Assembly: GCA_002269645.1 (NCBI GenBank)
Contig: NIVC01001243.1
Span: forward strand, 1 to 51,333
Direction of reading: 5' to 3'
From: Macrostomum lignano
Taxonomy: Eukaryota
DNA length: 51,333 bases
Part shown: one piece after another, positions 1 through 12,231 of the stretch
How positions within the stretch are numbered: position 1 is the first letter of the stretch
How the letters are laid out: each line of letters begins with the position of its first letter
Notes under the pieces: model-generated
Seen by the model: only the letters and a program-made list of their open reading frames with translations
Databases searched by the model: none
What the model was told of the DNA's origin: nothing
Translations under genes and position numbers: made by a program

Positions 1-19
1 AATATCAGTAAATACATGT

Positions 20-705
20 GTGGTAACTATGTCAGTTAGTGGTATCTGTATCAGTTACTGTGGTATCTGTATCAGTTACTGTGGTATCTGTGTCAACTAC
101 TGTGGTATCTGTGTCAACTACTGTGGTATCTGTGTCAACTACTGTGGTATCTGTGTCAACTACTGTGGTATCTGTGTTAACTACTGTGGTATCTGTGTCG
201 GTTACTGTAGTATCTGTGTTAACTACTGTGGTATCTGTGTCGGTTACTGTAGTATCTGTGTCAACTACTGTGGTATCTGTGTCAACTACTGTGGTATCTG
301 TGTCGGTTACTGTAGTATCTGTGTCAACTACTGTGGTATCTGTGTCAGATACTGTGGTATCTGTGTCAGTTACTGTGGTATCTGTGTCAGCTACTGTGGT
401 ATCTGTGTCAACTACTGTGGTATCTGTGTCAGATACTGTGGTATCTGTGTCAGTTACTGTGGTATCTGTGTCAGCTACTGTGGTATCTGTGTCAACTACT
501 GTGGTATCTGTGTCAACTACTGTGGTATCTGTGTCAGATACTGTGGTATCTGTGTCAGTTACTGTGGTATCTGTGTCAGCTACTGTGGTATCTGTGTCAA
601 CTACTGTGGTATCTGTGTCAACTACTGTGGTATCTGTGTCAGTTACTGTGGTATCTGTGTCAACTACTGTGGTATCTGTGTCAGTTACTGTCTTATCTGT
701 GTCAG
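20..705. repeat. 21-bp minisatellite (ACTGTGGTATCTGTGTCAACT), ~32 copies, probably intronic
   Basis: 21-nt period visible directly; the three repetitive ORFs over it (YCGICVN, DTDTTVV, VSVSTTV) are its translations. Confidence 0.95.
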
Positions 706-738
706 ATAATGCCACAGAGCCAGGCGACACCCCATCAG

Positions 739-962
739 ACAATGCAGCAATGGTGCTCAGTCAGCCGCATTCGCCCCATCCGCACTCGCAGCGAACTACA
801 AATCCGGCATGCCGTTCTACGCCGCAAGCGCTGCCTGCCTGGCTGCCGCAATCCTCCTGACCCCGCTGCTGGTGCTTCCTGGAGGCAGAAATCCTGCCAC
901 TACTTCGGCCGCCGTAGCCATTCACTGTCACATTGCTAGCGGAATCTTCTTGGCTTTTTCTA
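739..962 (+). CDS. Penultimate exon of PMP22/claudin/TARP-GSG1-like tetraspan membrane protein (5' boundary uncertain)
   Basis: Frame ...MPFYAASAACLAAAILLTPLLVL...HIASGIFLAFS; donor A|GTAAGA at 963, phase 1, matches the phase-1 acceptor at 1704. Hydrophobic TM2/TM3-like segments. Acceptor could be 718, 739 or another AG. Confidence 0.5.
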
Positions 963-1236
963 GTAAGACGTACAGCGCAGGGCTTTCATTAAACTCGCCA
1001 AAATTGAAGAATCGTTAACAATGTCATCAAAATAGCCATTAAGTTACGCCTCTAAAAATAGTCTGCATATAAGCGAGAAATGAACGTGGCCAAAATGGAA
1101 TCGAAGCTCTGGCGCGAGATTTGCTGAGTTACTGCTCAAAATTGACAATATGCATGACATTACGCATTAGAATAAATTGGTCTTAATTGTAGTTTTCCTG
1201 CTAAAAAACTGTTGCAGCACTAGTAGTGTTTGCCTT

Positions 1237-1598
1237 AGAGGGGCCGTAGCCCAGCGGTCTAGCGCAGCTGCTCTGGTGTGCCAGCGACCCAGGCTCGATT
1301 CCAAATGCAGTCACATTAATTTGGGGCTGAATTGGAATCTCGGCTTGGCTCTGCTCGTGCAATTAACGGCCTTGAGAGCCAACCCCCAAGGCACAGTGAA
1401 GTGTACATGCCTAACGATAATATAAAGTTAGGGCCGCTGTACACTCCTGTGTGAGTGTGTGCCTGCGTACGTATCGCGCGCATGTGTGCCTGCTCAGGGG
1501 AGTCTGCGGAATGGGCAGTAATGCCTCTCGCCGGTTGTGTGCCTATGTCGCTTAAAGTGCGCCAGGGTGCACACAACCCCCCTGCCTCTAATAAAAAA
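1237..1598 (+). mobile_element. tRNA-derived SINE with 12-bp TSD
   Basis: A box TAGCCCAGCGG 1247-1257, B box GGCTCGATTCC 1292-1302, A-rich tail ~1590-1598, direct repeat AGTGTTTGCCTT at 1225-1236 and 1599-1610. Confidence 0.8.
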
Positions 1599-1703
1599 AG
1601 TGTTTGCCTTTCTAAGAAGCAGATTATCGATCGAGCTTCATTCTAGACTACCCGAGTGTAGCTAACGTCCTACACTGATGCTCTTCTTCCGCAAAACTTG
1701 CAG

Positions 1704-2083
1704 GCGTATCGTTGGCGGCAGGCTGCCTGCACTTTGTCGGCGCCGTCGACTTTGAAGGTTTGAACGACGCCGAAACCGAGCTGACAAGACCGCCAGGCCA
1801 CAGCGGACCCGGCCACCCCGATGTCAGCTACCATTTCGGCCTCTCCTTCAAACTGGCAATCGTTGCATTCGCCGCGATAAACGCTGGAATGGCGGCCAGC
1901 ACCTGCCTCTGGTCGGAGCGAAGACGCTCGGCTGCGAGGTTTTTCGACAATAAAAAGATCGATGAAGAAGAGAATGATTCTCAGGCGCGAGCAGGCGCAA
2001 CCAACAGTCGAAGAGCTGCCGTGGCGGCTCCCGAAGCTGTCGAGTTGAGATCGTGTCCGCTGGCCAGCGAAGCGTGGGAATAA
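1704..2083 (+). CDS. Last exon of PMP22/claudin/TARP-GSG1-like tetraspan membrane protein
   Basis: Acceptor TTGCAG| at 1703. VSLAAGCLHFVGAV...SYHFGLSFKLAIVAFAAINAG resembles the TM3-ECL2-Y.YG.SF-TM4 pattern of CACNG/claudin-like proteins (recalled, not searched). Stop TAA 2081-2083; AATAAA at 2263. Confidence 0.65.
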
Positions 2084-2262
2084 CGATGAGCAAACGATTT
2101 AAACAAATACCGACTTGAAAATTTACGTGTAGGCAAATTATAAATAATTTCAAAAATGAATTAATTCATTAATTCCGTTTTTATTAAATGATTTGTTTCT
2201 AAATCGACTTTAAAAAGGTTAATAAGTTTAAATTCATGTGATATTTCCCATCGATGCATTCA

Positions 2263-2402
2263 AATAAATTATTTGGCAATAAAATCAAAATTATGTCAAA
2301 AAATTATTTTTCTGTTTAGATACGACAAAGTTAAATAAAAGGATGGCTTGGAAAGTTTTTTATAGCAGTACTGTCTAATTTTCTTTCAAGAAATACTTTA
2401 TT
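2263..2402. terminator. Convergent polyadenylation signals (AATAAA + strand 2263-2268; - strand 2397-2402)
   Basis: Hexamers in the AT-rich spacer between two tail-to-tail stop codons; usage not provable from sequence. Confidence 0.35.
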
Positions 2403-2708
2403 GTCTCAAACAACGGAAACCTTTTTGCATAGTTTAAAAGGTAATTTTGTCATTTTTCCATTTGTTGTCCATTTGAATTTCGAATCACTTGTTCACTAAT
2501 TTATAAGTATTGAATTATATGCTTATTGTTGTATGTTGAGACTAGGTACGAGGTAGGTGGGCTAAACTTTGCAAAAACGATTCTGGTAAAAACTAGTTCA
2601 AGTTGGTTTTTTGACAATCAAGCTACGCTCATACTTTAGTCAACAGCTACTAAGAAAACCAGTTTGTCAGCAAATACGAAGGTGCAAATATACTCTTAGT
2701 CAAATCGG

Positions 2709-5700
2709 TTACACATCGCAGAGCAGCGCGACGCCTCGCATTACCCAGTGCTCAACAGGTTGGTTGGTCTTCAGCCTGATGGTAGCCACATATGTGAGAT
2801 CCGTTCTTCTCGGCTTCTTATAGATAGGGCACGGGTACATCAGTCTGCCCTCACTATCGAGCTTGTTGATGGCGTAGATGTGCACCACCGGGAGCGGCTC
2901 GTTGAGAATCTTGGGCCGAGCTTCAGTCAGGCGGCTGTTCTTGCGGTCCCAGCCGGCGCCCTCGAGGAACAGACCGTGGACGAAGACGCCTTCTAGTGGC
3001 GCTTCTTTGACTTCATGCTGTAGCATAGTGGTGACGTCGTTTTGCAGCAGGACGCTGTCCAGAGCCCAGCCCTTGTGGGCCCGCGTCACCTCCTGGCGCA
3101 TGGCGGTCAGGAAGCCCTGCGGGTTGAAGAAGCCGGTCATCCAGAAGCAGTTGGGCCGGCCACCGAACACCCAGGTGTGGAATTGCTGGTTCCGGTTGAT
3201 CAGCTCGGTGAACCAGAAGCCGAGGGCTGACGAGTCCCAGGAGATCTTGCTCCACACCTGCGGTATCTTGGCGTCGTACATGGAGTCCAGAGCGTCGCGC
3301 AGATTCTCATTCATGATGATGGTGCCGTCGATGGCCAGCTTGAGGTCGGTGAGCGTGGTCCTCACTGCCGAGATGACGCGCTGCATGCGGTCCACCTCCT
3401 GTCTGAGGAAGATGTTCATCGGCTTCAACTCGCCCATCTTTTTTAGACGCTCGCGCACTTCGAACGGCACGTAGTCTCCGGGCAGTTTCTCCAGCAGGTC
3501 CTCGGCCTGCTTGTACACCACTGACTCGCGCGTCTCACCGGAGCCTCCGCCGGAATCCTTCGGCTGGATGCTGAGGATGCAGTCCAGGATGGTCTTAGTG
3601 GTGCGGCCCTGGTAGCTGATGTCAGCGTTGGCGTGCAGGCCGAACACCTGCGGCATGTCGTAGCCAGGCAGGTTCTGGATGTACTCAAGGTACTCAGTCA
3701 GCTTGGCGAACTTCGGTATGCTGTAGCCCTTGTAGAACTCAAAGCTTGGTTCAAATATCTTTTCAGAAAACCAAACCTTGCAAAATGTATTGAGCAGGAT
3801 TTTATCAAAATCATCTGTGACCCTGCCACCGTACTGGATTTCGCCGAGCATGTATCTCACAGTGCTCCAAGTTACACCCCTCTTCAAGTCCATGTCATCC
3901 AGGTGGTTCTGCACAAACTGGATGCTGGCGTTCAAGTCGGCGGTGTTGAACTCGTAGGGGATGTTCCAGCCGATGGGGCCGAACTTCCGGCGCTCCTGGA
4001 CTACCGTGTGCAGGAAGGCAACGCTGTAGAGCATTGGACGCCACTGCGGCATGTTACTGATGTCCAGGAAGTCCTGCGTGAAGCTCGTGAAGGTTCGCTT
4101 TAGACCCGCCTTCACGCCCTGGGGTGGCTCGTTTGTAAACTTGATGGACTGCTGGAGGAAGGCAATAGGAAACTTAGGATGCACCTCGCAGGTGACCCAC
4201 AAGCTGAAGTCGTCGTGTACCGACTCCGCCTCGGGCAGCTGCTCCGTCAACTCCATGACATAATCTAGCGATAAATGGCAGTTCTGCAGTAGAGCCCAGC
4301 CTCCATTCTGCAGACAGTTTGAGATTAGCCTCCTGGCGTGAACTTCCTGTCCCTGGCCCATAGATATGACCTTGCACTCCTTCTTGTGCTTCTTGGCCAG
4401 CAGTTCAATACTTGGTGTCGGGTCGGAGCCCATTGAAAGCAGACCGACCATTGGCGTTCGTGGCTCCGACTCGCTCCAAACAGCTTCAACATCCAGTATG
4501 ACACCTTCGGCAAACTTCGCCCCCAGGCTGTCAGCGATGTACTTCTTAGCCTGAGAGATGGTGCGATCTGGGCACCAGGATCTGATGAGCAGCAGGCGAC
4601 GGAAAGAGTCAATTTGGGTGTCGTATCCATCTGGAATTACATCTTCTTCAGGAGTTTCCTTATCGAACCATTGCTTCCAGGTCTTTTCGTTGCGAGTTAT
4701 CTGGTCTAGAATGCCAGAAAACTGGTGCAGATTCGACAGTTCAACTAAGTTCAGCCAAGTTGAATCCAAGATCCACTTGTACGGCTTTTCCCGCACCGCG
4801 TTCAGATCAAGGGACGCGCCACCTTTGATTAGAGTTTGGAACTCATCGTGTCGTATTTTATTTGACTGCATGTCGATCTTCAAAGCCAGCAACAAAGTGA
4901 ATGTCAGCCTGTCGATTTCATACAGACCTCGGATTATGTACCTCCATACTGAAGTTGTCATGTACTCAATAATGAATGAAATTCGCTTCAAATTGATTGG
5001 TGACTTGGTTGATCGTTCCATAGACAGGTCAAACAGGTGAAGGAACTGCCTCAAGGACGTCTGATACATCACATTCACCATTGACATCTCGGTGATGAGG
5101 AAGTACAGAATCGAACCTCTAGACGCTACTGGTCGGAATTCTTCGCGGGCATCGGCGATCTGCTGCTGAGTTTCTTTTGCCGTTTCGATCTGCTTCAGAA
5201 CTTCAATCGATGTTACCTTGGTTTCTTGAAGAACTTTAATTAGTTTTTCATCGTCGACTAAAGAGCCCTGGGTGCTGGTCAGGCGCACTAGAAGAGTGTC
5301 CTCTAAGTTTTTCATAAGCCTATTGTTCTTCGTGACGCTTTCCATCAAAAGCACCCTCTGAACTTCAAGATCTGACTTCTCGGTTTTGATTACTCGGCCA
5401 AGCAATTGATCTTCCAGTCCTTTCATCGTTACGGTGAAGTCGATAATGCTTGCCCTGGCATAGATTTCCGGCGTGTAGGCTGGATTCGGCAGCTTCGTAG
5501 TCATGTACAAGTAGAACCCGGACATCACGTCAACTTCTTTGTCGCCAACTTTTACTTTCTTTCTTGAGCCCTGTTTAATAAAATTTTTGTCGAGAATATT
5601 ATCCAGAGCGGGGTCTAATTCCTCACCGATGTCTTCAATCAGGAGCGGACGTCCGAGAGACAGAGCGTCTTCTATGTGCTGGCGGAAGTACTTGTGATTG

Positions 5701-7886
5701 AGCGTTGTGATTTGCAGGTCATTGGCAGCCTCACGGTTCTTAACCCAGCTCTTCCCTTGTCCCTGCGGATCAATCAGCAAGGGGTAGCGGCTGGCTTGGG
5801 TCACGATGATGCCATTTTCTGTGCTCAGCTCATCATTGGGCAGGCCCTGCAGATTCCACTCGGCAATTGTTGTGGCCTCAACAAGCATGTCGATTAGATT
5901 GAGACTTTCACTGTGGGGAATCTTCTTTTCGGTCATCATTTTCTGCCAGTTTTTGCTCAAATTCTGACGGAAGTCTTGATTGAACGGCCCAGAGTAGGAC
6001 AGAAAGGCGGTGGCTAAGAGAACATCTCCAGCCAGTCTGCCAATCTGGGACTTGTACTCCTTGCTCTGGTGCGTCCAGCGCTCTTTCTCATCGGCTAGGC
6101 CAGCGATCAGCTGTTCCGCTGCGCGCATCTTCCGACGACACGCTTCGGCATCGTCCTCCAGCATCTGCTTTTTGTGCATCGCCTCCTCGTAGACCGCTCG
6201 GACCTTGGCTAGCTCGGCTTCCTTTTCGTCTAGCGTTGCTTGTGCAGCAGCGAGGTCTTCGTTCGCTTTCCTCAATCGAATCTCCTGCTTTGCCAGGTTG
6301 TCTTTCAACGGTATGACCTCTTTGTTAATCCAAAAAAACTCTTGCATAGCCTTTGTCCACGATAGCAAGCCTGCTACATTTCCGCAGACCCTTTTCGCCG
6401 TTTCCATATTATAATCTTCCATTTCTAGGTAGGGCATAAGAAACTCAATGCTTTCTTCGTTGATTGAATCTTTGGAAAACTGCATTAGCATGTTGAGGAA
6501 CGTGGCGTTGGACATGAGCTTCTGCGATTCACTCCAGCTCGGCTTCGGACACGGCCTGTCAGGATCCTGCTGGACTGGATCTAAGCGTCGCTGGAATAAG
6601 ATCAGAACGCAGTCCATTATGCGCATGATTAGATGCGGTGGACTGCCCAGTCTCTTTACTGTGGCAATGTCGCCTGGTTTGATGGTGTTCAGCGCCTCTG
6701 CAGCTGCCTCCAGTGCTGGTCGAGCAGCCTCGAGCTTGTTCTCAGCAATGGCCTTATCCTGAGCGATGGATTCGACGATCATTTGCGCTCGATCTTTTAC
6801 TGATTCAACAGTGTTCTTAATCTCTTGAGCCTCACGCTGTTCAGTAGCAACAATCTTTAGCACCCTCTGGGCTTCTTTGTTGGCAACCGCCAGTTCCTTC
6901 TCTTTGACTACCAGCTCCGCGCTTAACACTTCGACGGATTTTTGAGCTTCGAGCAGCTTCTGGAGTCCGGTGTCCATTCTAGATGCCAGATCGCCATAGT
7001 AAGCATTCTTTCGCGAGTAGATTTCTTTGTAGCCCTGCAAGAAGCTGAGATACGACTTAGGCGTAACATGAGTGTTGCGCCTGTACTTGTGAAAGTATTC
7101 GCTACAGCTTTGAGCAACTCCGCCGTGCACTACGCCCATGGATTCGATGATCTGGGTCTTAACAGTGTCGGAGCACTCGATGTCAAACTTGGACAGAAAA
7201 TTTTCGGCAACGGCAATGAGCGCATCGCGTGGCCAACGCTGGAACCAGTCTACTGTGCAACCGGATGTTAGTGCCGGAAATTTCAATGCGCGGCTTCGGA
7301 ACTTCTCTCCGACTGGGGAGAAACACAACACCACGTGCAGATTTTGCTTGGTTCTAGCAAAAAAGTACTCCTCTAGATTTTCGTTGGTCGGGGGCCGTCT
7401 TGGATATTCCTTCTTCATCACGCCGATAAGCTCTTGACAAATTTCGTCCATCTCGTCCCTTTGGAACAGATTAGGTACAACTCCTGAAGCAAGCACGTTG
7501 TTGAGGTACTCAAGAAAGCTTTCGTCTTTGATTTCGTTGTCAGTGAACACAAACGTGACGCCCTTTCCCCGCTGTCCAGCGGTCCTGTATAGTAGTTTGA
7601 GATCCTCCATCAGGTTTGCAACGTTGTACGATCTAGTGAGCGTGATCTGGAAAGTCTTGTAACCAGCAATAAACGAGGAAAGTCTCGTCAGCGACTGCTT
7701 GCCGGAGCCCCCAACTCCTACTAGGAGAGCGTTGCCCCTCGGTGTGCTGATGATTCGAGAAATCTTCAATAGATGCTTCATAGCGTCGTGGAAGAAGACT
7801 AGATCCATGCCCGCTCCGCGGATGCTTTCATTGTATTGTCTGAGAAAGTTCTGAAGCCGCTCGCTCAAGAACTGCAGCGTTGGTAT
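2709..7886 (-). CDS. DNAH5: Axonemal dynein heavy chain DNAH5/8 family, exon 13 (AAA4, stalk/MTBD, AAA5, AAA6, C-terminus)
   Basis: Acceptor CCAG|ATACCA; P4 loop GVGGSGKQS; ends [12 protein letters not shown]; 5178 nt in frame. Confidence 0.95.
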   Translation of the reverse strand: MPTLQFLSERLQNFLRQYNESIRGAGMDLVFFHDAMKHLLKISRIISTPRGNALLVGVGGSGKQSLTRLSSFIAGYKTFQITLTRSYNVANLMEDLKLLYRTAGQRGKGVTFVFTDNEIKDESFLEYLNNVLASGVVPNLFQRDEMDEICQELIGVMKKEYPRRPPTNENLEEYFFARTKQNLHVVLCFSPVGEKFRSRALKFPALTSGCTVDWFQRWPRDALIAVAENFLSKFDIECSDTVKTQIIESMGVVHGGVAQSCSEYFHKYRRNTHVTPKSYLSFLQGYKEIYSRKNAYYGDLASRMDTGLQKLLEAQKSVEVLSAELVVKEKELAVANKEAQRVLKIVATEQREAQEIKNTVESVKDRAQMIVESIAQDKAIAENKLEAARPALEAAAEALNTIKPGDIATVKRLGSPPHLIMRIMDCVLILFQRRLDPVQQDPDRPCPKPSWSESQKLMSNATFLNMLMQFSKDSINEESIEFLMPYLEMEDYNMETAKRVCGNVAGLLSWTKAMQEFFWINKEVIPLKDNLAKQEIRLRKANEDLAAAQATLDEKEAELAKVRAVYEEAMHKKQMLEDDAEACRRKMRAAEQLIAGLADEKERWTHQSKEYKSQIGRLAGDVLLATAFLSYSGPFNQDFRQNLSKNWQKMMTEKKIPHSESLNLIDMLVEATTIAEWNLQGLPNDELSTENGIIVTQASRYPLLIDPQGQGKSWVKNREAANDLQITTLNHKYFRQHIEDALSLGRPLLIEDIGEELDPALDNILDKNFIKQGSRKKVKVGDKEVDVMSGFYLYMTTKLPNPAYTPEIYARASIIDFTVTMKGLEDQLLGRVIKTEKSDLEVQRVLLMESVTKNNRLMKNLEDTLLVRLTSTQGSLVDDEKLIKVLQETKVTSIEVLKQIETAKETQQQIADAREEFRPVASRGSILYFLITEMSMVNVMYQTSLRQFLHLFDLSMERSTKSPINLKRISFIIEYMTTSVWRYIIRGLYEIDRLTFTLLLALKIDMQSNKIRHDEFQTLIKGGASLDLNAVREKPYKWILDSTWLNLVELSNLHQFSGILDQITRNEKTWKQWFDKETPEEDVIPDGYDTQIDSFRRLLLIRSWCPDRTISQAKKYIADSLGAKFAEGVILDVEAVWSESEPRTPMVGLLSMGSDPTPSIELLAKKHKKECKVISMGQGQEVHARRLISNCLQNGGWALLQNCHLSLDYVMELTEQLPEAESVHDDFSLWVTCEVHPKFPIAFLQQSIKFTNEPPQGVKAGLKRTFTSFTQDFLDISNMPQWRPMLYSVAFLHTVVQERRKFGPIGWNIPYEFNTADLNASIQFVQNHLDDMDLKRGVTWSTVRYMLGEIQYGGRVTDDFDKILLNTFCKVWFSEKIFEPSFEFYKGYSIPKFAKLTEYLEYIQNLPGYDMPQVFGLHANADISYQGRTTKTILDCILSIQPKDSGGGSGETRESVVYKQAEDLLEKLPGDYVPFEVRERLKKMGELKPMNIFLRQEVDRMQRVISAVRTTLTDLKLAIDGTIIMNENLRDALDSMYDAKIPQVWSKISWDSSALGFWFTELINRNQQFHTWVFGGRPNCFWMTGFFNPQGFLTAMRQEVTRAHKGWALDSVLLQNDVTTMLQHEVKEAPLEGVFVHGLFLEGAGWDRKNSRLTEARPKILNEPLPVVHIYAINKLDSEGRLMYPCPIYKKPRRTDLTYVATIRLKTNQPVEHWVMRGVALLCDV

Positions 7887-7961
7887 CTGGAGAGTCAAGA
7901 ATTCATAATTAGTCAACAAGTTTAATCATTATTTTAAACTAAAGGCAATCACGCTACTTAC

Positions 7962-8031
7962 TGGCTCATAAACCCTTGGAACCTCAAGGACTGCCTCATC
8001 CGATTCCTCACTAGTAGCTTCAGGCAAGTCT
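7962..8031 (-). CDS. DNAH5: Dynein heavy chain exon 12
   Basis: TTCAG|A GAC TTG CCT ... GAG CCA|GTAAGT; DLPEATSEESDEAVLEVPRVYEP; phases 2 and 0 fit neighbours. Confidence 0.85.
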
Positions 8032-8097
8032 CTGAAATTGGGCGCAAAATATTAAATCTACGTTTCAGTGCTATTACGATTATCTGTTTTCAATTAC

Positions 8098-8220
8098 CTG
8101 AGGAAGTTTGCGAAGAACACAGTCTGTTGTACTACAGGTACGTGGACCTCGTTTAAGTTCTCTTTGACAACCCTGTGTATTGTTGACTCAAACCACGCTG
8201 CTTCATCAAGACTGGTGAAC
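8098..8220 (-). CDS. DNAH5: Dynein heavy chain exon 11
   Basis: TGCAG|G TTC ACC ... CTC AG|GTAATT; FTSLDEAAWFESTIHRVV...FFANFL; phases fit. Confidence 0.85.
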
Positions 8221-8293
8221 CTGCAAATGGAAGGGTTAGTCGAGTTAATTGTGGGAAACGATATGCAAAGAATCGATATACCTGTAGACTCAC

Positions 8294-10157
8294 CTATCGG
8301 AAATAACTCTGCAACATTCGTGCTTCCAAAGGCTTAGCAGTGTATTGGTGTCCTTTACAACCTCACTTTCGGTGCCGATCATGCCTTGCCAGATGCGACT
8401 TAGGTCTCTCAGATTGAAGACGTAGTGAAACTTAGCCGGGGTTGGCAGCATCTTAGCCTTCGTCAGCTGCCAGAGGCGTCGAGTTAGCGGCACGAGGCGT
8501 TCAACAAGATTGCAAACTTCGTCGGAAAATCCGCGCTCTTTGCAGAAGTGGCCGCAGCCGATGATGCTGAAGATTCGATCGATGCTAGAATTAGACGGCA
8601 GGGTGCAGTTAAAGATGTTAAACTGCCGCTTCAATCTTTGTGGAATGTCGTTTCGACCACCCCCGGGGTGAATCATGGCGGCCACAAACTGCATGTCGAC
8701 AACCGTGGTGAAGTCGCCGGGTTTCTCCAAGCTGTAAAAACCCGACGTCTCCATGAGTTGTCGGACGATCTCGTTGGCCGTCTGATCGCCCCACTCGTTG
8801 ATCATCGGCATGTTGATATCGTCGATGAAGACGGTCATCTTGCGCCCTGCAGGCGGCCCAAAAGTCGATCCCATGCGCTTGTCGACGTAGCTCTCGATAG
8901 TTCGTTGGAACATCATCGGGGTAGTAGCGCTAGAAAAGTTAAGAGCCTTTTTCATGTGCACCTCGGGGTCGAATTCGGCCAGGAATTTGTTGATTAGCAC
9001 CGTTTTTGCTGTGCCTTGCTCGCCAATAAGCAGCACCTGCTTCCCCTGCTTGTGGATAGTTTTAACCAGAAACTCTGTGCGCACGTTGTCGACGTTAGGA
9101 ACTAGAATGGAGCCGTACTCCGGAGTGCTGTCCTTGGGGTACTCGAACTCTTCCACTCTTCTTTCCCAGTGTTGCCAGTAGCCGTCTTCACCCACGAAGA
9201 AGTCAAACATTGTGTTGCCAGAATCTTTCACGCAGGGTGGCAGATCCAGACCAAGATTTCGCATGTGCTGTTCAAGCCTTGCTCGGTCGTCCCACTCCAG
9301 CAGCGCGCCGATAGACCACATGATTACAAAGACGTACAGCCTCTTGTACACATCCGGTTCTAGTGCGGCCTCTCTCTCTTCCCGCTTGGGAATGAGACCT
9401 TCGAGCAGATCGCAGCACTGCCGTACAATAAAAGCCTCTAAAACTTTCATCTTAAATGTGAGGTACTGAGTTGCGAAGCGCATTATGTTAGCAAAAGTTG
9501 ACTCAAACAGTGGAAACAGATTATTGCGCTCGGAGTCATTTCGCTTGAGCAGCCAGCCGCTGAGCAGGGGGTTCCAGTTGAGCCCGGAGCTGGACATGTA
9601 CACCATGCCGTTACGGGACACGGTGGCCGGCGACGCGTTGTCAATGTTGTGCACCTCGAAGATGATTTTACAGTTCGGTGCCATGGGGATTCGATCGCCG
9701 TTGGCCAGAGTCAGCGTCTTGTTGTCGTCCAGCACCGAGTTGAGGTTCTCGATCCAGATGGCGTCCACGGGGCCGTCCAGCACCAGCCAGATGTGCTCGC
9801 CCTTCTTGGCCTTGAGGGTGCGGCGCCACAGCGTGGAGAAGATGCCGTCTGTCCAGTCGTTGGTGGCCACGTCGAGCCGACCAAACATCTGCGGCGCCGT
9901 GATGGCCTTAGGGTTCATGCGGAGCTCGCGGTGCGGCTCACCGCAGTCCGTCATGGCCTTCATCAGCGTGTGGATGCAGCAGGTCTTGCCGGCTCCCGAT
10001 GGTCCGAGCGTCATCATGCCGTGACGGACGCGCTGCGTCTCAAACAGCTGGATGAGCTTCAGGTTCCAGGAGTCCCAGTTGATGAGCTGAGTTTCCTTAA
10101 CTTGATGCTCAATGGCCTTCTCTAGATCGTCGTATCCAGCTTTGTCAAGCCTCAAGC
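8294..10157 (-). CDS. DNAH5: Dynein heavy chain exon 10 (AAA2, AAA3)
   Basis: P2 GPSGAGKT, P3 GEQGTAKT; acceptor TTTAG|GC, donor AG|GTGAGT. Confidence 0.93.
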
Positions 10158-10619
10158 CTAAATTGCATGGTGCGAAACAATTCATGTTAGCGTATTCATC
10201 AGTTGCAAGCAGGAACTTGAAGTACATACTCGAGCACATCATTTGAGTAAAATACTATGACGTTGGACTTCTGGCAAATACATTAGAAAGACAGAAAGCG
10301 TTTTATTTCTGGAAGGCTTAGCTAATTTGCAGTCTTCTGTAGCTAATGTTTTTTTACAATATTATTAAACTTGTGAAGTGGCATCCGAGCAACCACAGAG
10401 TCGTATTAACTGTTTCTGAGAAACTACATCCGGTTTTTAACTGCTTCGGGTGAGTAATTTAAGGACGTGTAAAAATTAGTGTGCCAATTTTTCGTCGAAA
10501 AAACTATCTTTGAATACCCGGGCGCCCTTCAATACACACGCAAGCCCCTGCAACAACACCGATGCGCCAGACGCAGCAAAGTAATACGAGTATCCAAGAA
10601 ATTATACAAGATCTTCTAC

Positions 10620-10806
10620 CTGGAAATATGTCCTCAATTAGTGACATGAACAGCGGATCGTCCTCGTCAACCAGCTTGGACATGTTCATGTCGCGCAGCA
10701 CTCTCATCATAGTAGACTGTTCAGGCTCAGCCGGGTTGGCTCGTCGGGCCTGGCCGAGAGTTCGCAGAACGGACAAAATATTGCGCAATCCGAAGTCGTA
10801 GTGGAC
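10620..10806 (-). CDS. DNAH5: Dynein heavy chain exon 9
   Basis: TTTAG|GTC CAC TAC GAC ([18 protein letters not shown]) ... CCA G|GTAGAA. Confidence 0.9.
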
Positions 10807-10960
10807 CTAAAAAAGCAAGAAAAAATATAATGCATGACATTCAGGATATTGATATTCTAATTGTGTTGATTTTTGTCGACCGTTTTGTCTCCCACTCCTC
10901 TTTCGACGGCATTCTTATAGACGACTAGGAACGACTAGGATTTGAAATCCGAGGATTTTG

Positions 10961-11402
10961 CTTTCGACAGGAGGCAGACCCAATGTTCATCTTTTGACAT
11001 GTTGTGACTTTATCATAGCTCTATGGATAATAATAAAGCTTTTCGTTCTGAAAATTATAATTCTATGTTAATTTCTTATTCTACGTACATTTCCTGTGCC
11101 AAAAAAACATAAAAATGCATGGCACAGCTCGACAAGTTGGTTTTATGAATCTATTTTATCAACTCTGTCACACACATTGTTACACAGTCAACTAGGAAAG
11201 ACGAAATAGATTCACAAAACCAATGAGCCAAGCCGTGCCATTTAATAGCTTTTTTGCCACAGAACATGTACAAATGTAAATAGAATAAAAATTAACATAG
11301 AATCCTAGTTTTCTAAACAAAAAGCTTTATGAATATCAGTAGAGCTATAAGAAAGGTACAAAATATCATAAGATGAACACTGGGTCTGCCTACTATCGAA
11401 AG
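10961..11402. mobile_element. Foldback MITE-like element, ~200-bp imperfect inverted arms
   Basis: Left CTTTCGACAGGAGGCAGACCCAATGTTCATCTT vs reverse complement of right end CTTTCGATAGTAGGCAGACCCAGTGTTCATCTT; similarity continues inward to a ~40-bp loop; no clear TSD. Confidence 0.75.
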
Positions 11403-11632
11403 TAATAACAATTTTTGTGCTGAAAAAAATGAAAACTTCCTATTTCCGTAGTGTATTTTTTCGGAGAAAACCAGCCTCCCTTAACATTTTCTAAGAAATT
11501 TAGTTTCCTTTACTACTTGAGAAGTCCTTGGCATGGAGTCGGATGCGTTTACCGCGGTCTCGCCCCGTTTTGACGTATTAAATTATACTCAGTGACCTCT
11601 AAATCTTGATTATTTACACGTAAATGACTTAC

Positions 11633-12016
11633 CTGCTTCGTGAGCTGCTCCTCGCACAGCTTGTACAAGGTGAAGAACTTCCTGGCCAGTACAACATTGT
11701 CGATAAAGCCAACTGAGGCCAGCTTGACTCGGATGATGATCTGCCGGTCCGGCACCATCATGGCCACCGTGCGGAAGTTGATCTTCAGATTCTCCGGCAA
11801 CTCTTGACGACCGGCGTAGCCCGGGTTCATCGTCAGGAAGATTCCGAACTCCGGACTTAAGTCGACTTGATCGCCGTCAGTAAAGATGAACTGCTTTTTG
11901 TGCTCTTTCTTGCAGGTGAGCACAATGGCGATCTGTTGAGCAGCCACGGACAACACGGGGAGCTCGATGCGGTTAAACTCGTCGAAACAGCCCCAGCTGC
12001 CTGATTGAGCCAGACC
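11633..12016 (-). CDS. DNAH5: Dynein heavy chain exon 8 (AAA1)
   Basis: ACAG|GGT CTG GCT ([17 protein letters not shown]; Walker B) ... CAG|GTAAGT; [12 protein letters not shown] motif. Confidence 0.93.
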
Positions 12017-12231
12017 CTGTGTAGTTGGGAAGAAGAAGGAACTCCGATGTTTGATCAGGTAAATATTACGTTTCAGTTTCTCAAAGAGTAGCTCGTAGCA
12101 CTGCTATAGAAAAATATACGGCTACAAAAACGCAAAAATACTATTACCGAATCCGCCGCACACAATCAAGCATCCATTTTCCTCAGATTCCTTTGCTAAT
12201 CGATTCATGCGTTATACCACAATGTCCTCAC

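Noticed and set aside
20-860. Mucin-like or Cys-rich ORFs over the 21-bp repeat
   Set aside because: Three frames are open only because the period is a multiple of 3. The post-repeat SDNATEPGDTP frame does not connect to the tetraspan frame without a frameshift; unresolved, so not called.
1241-1302. Functional tRNA gene
   Set aside because: A and B boxes are present but there is no closing acceptor stem; it is part of a TSD-flanked SINE. The same applies to ~23570-23640.
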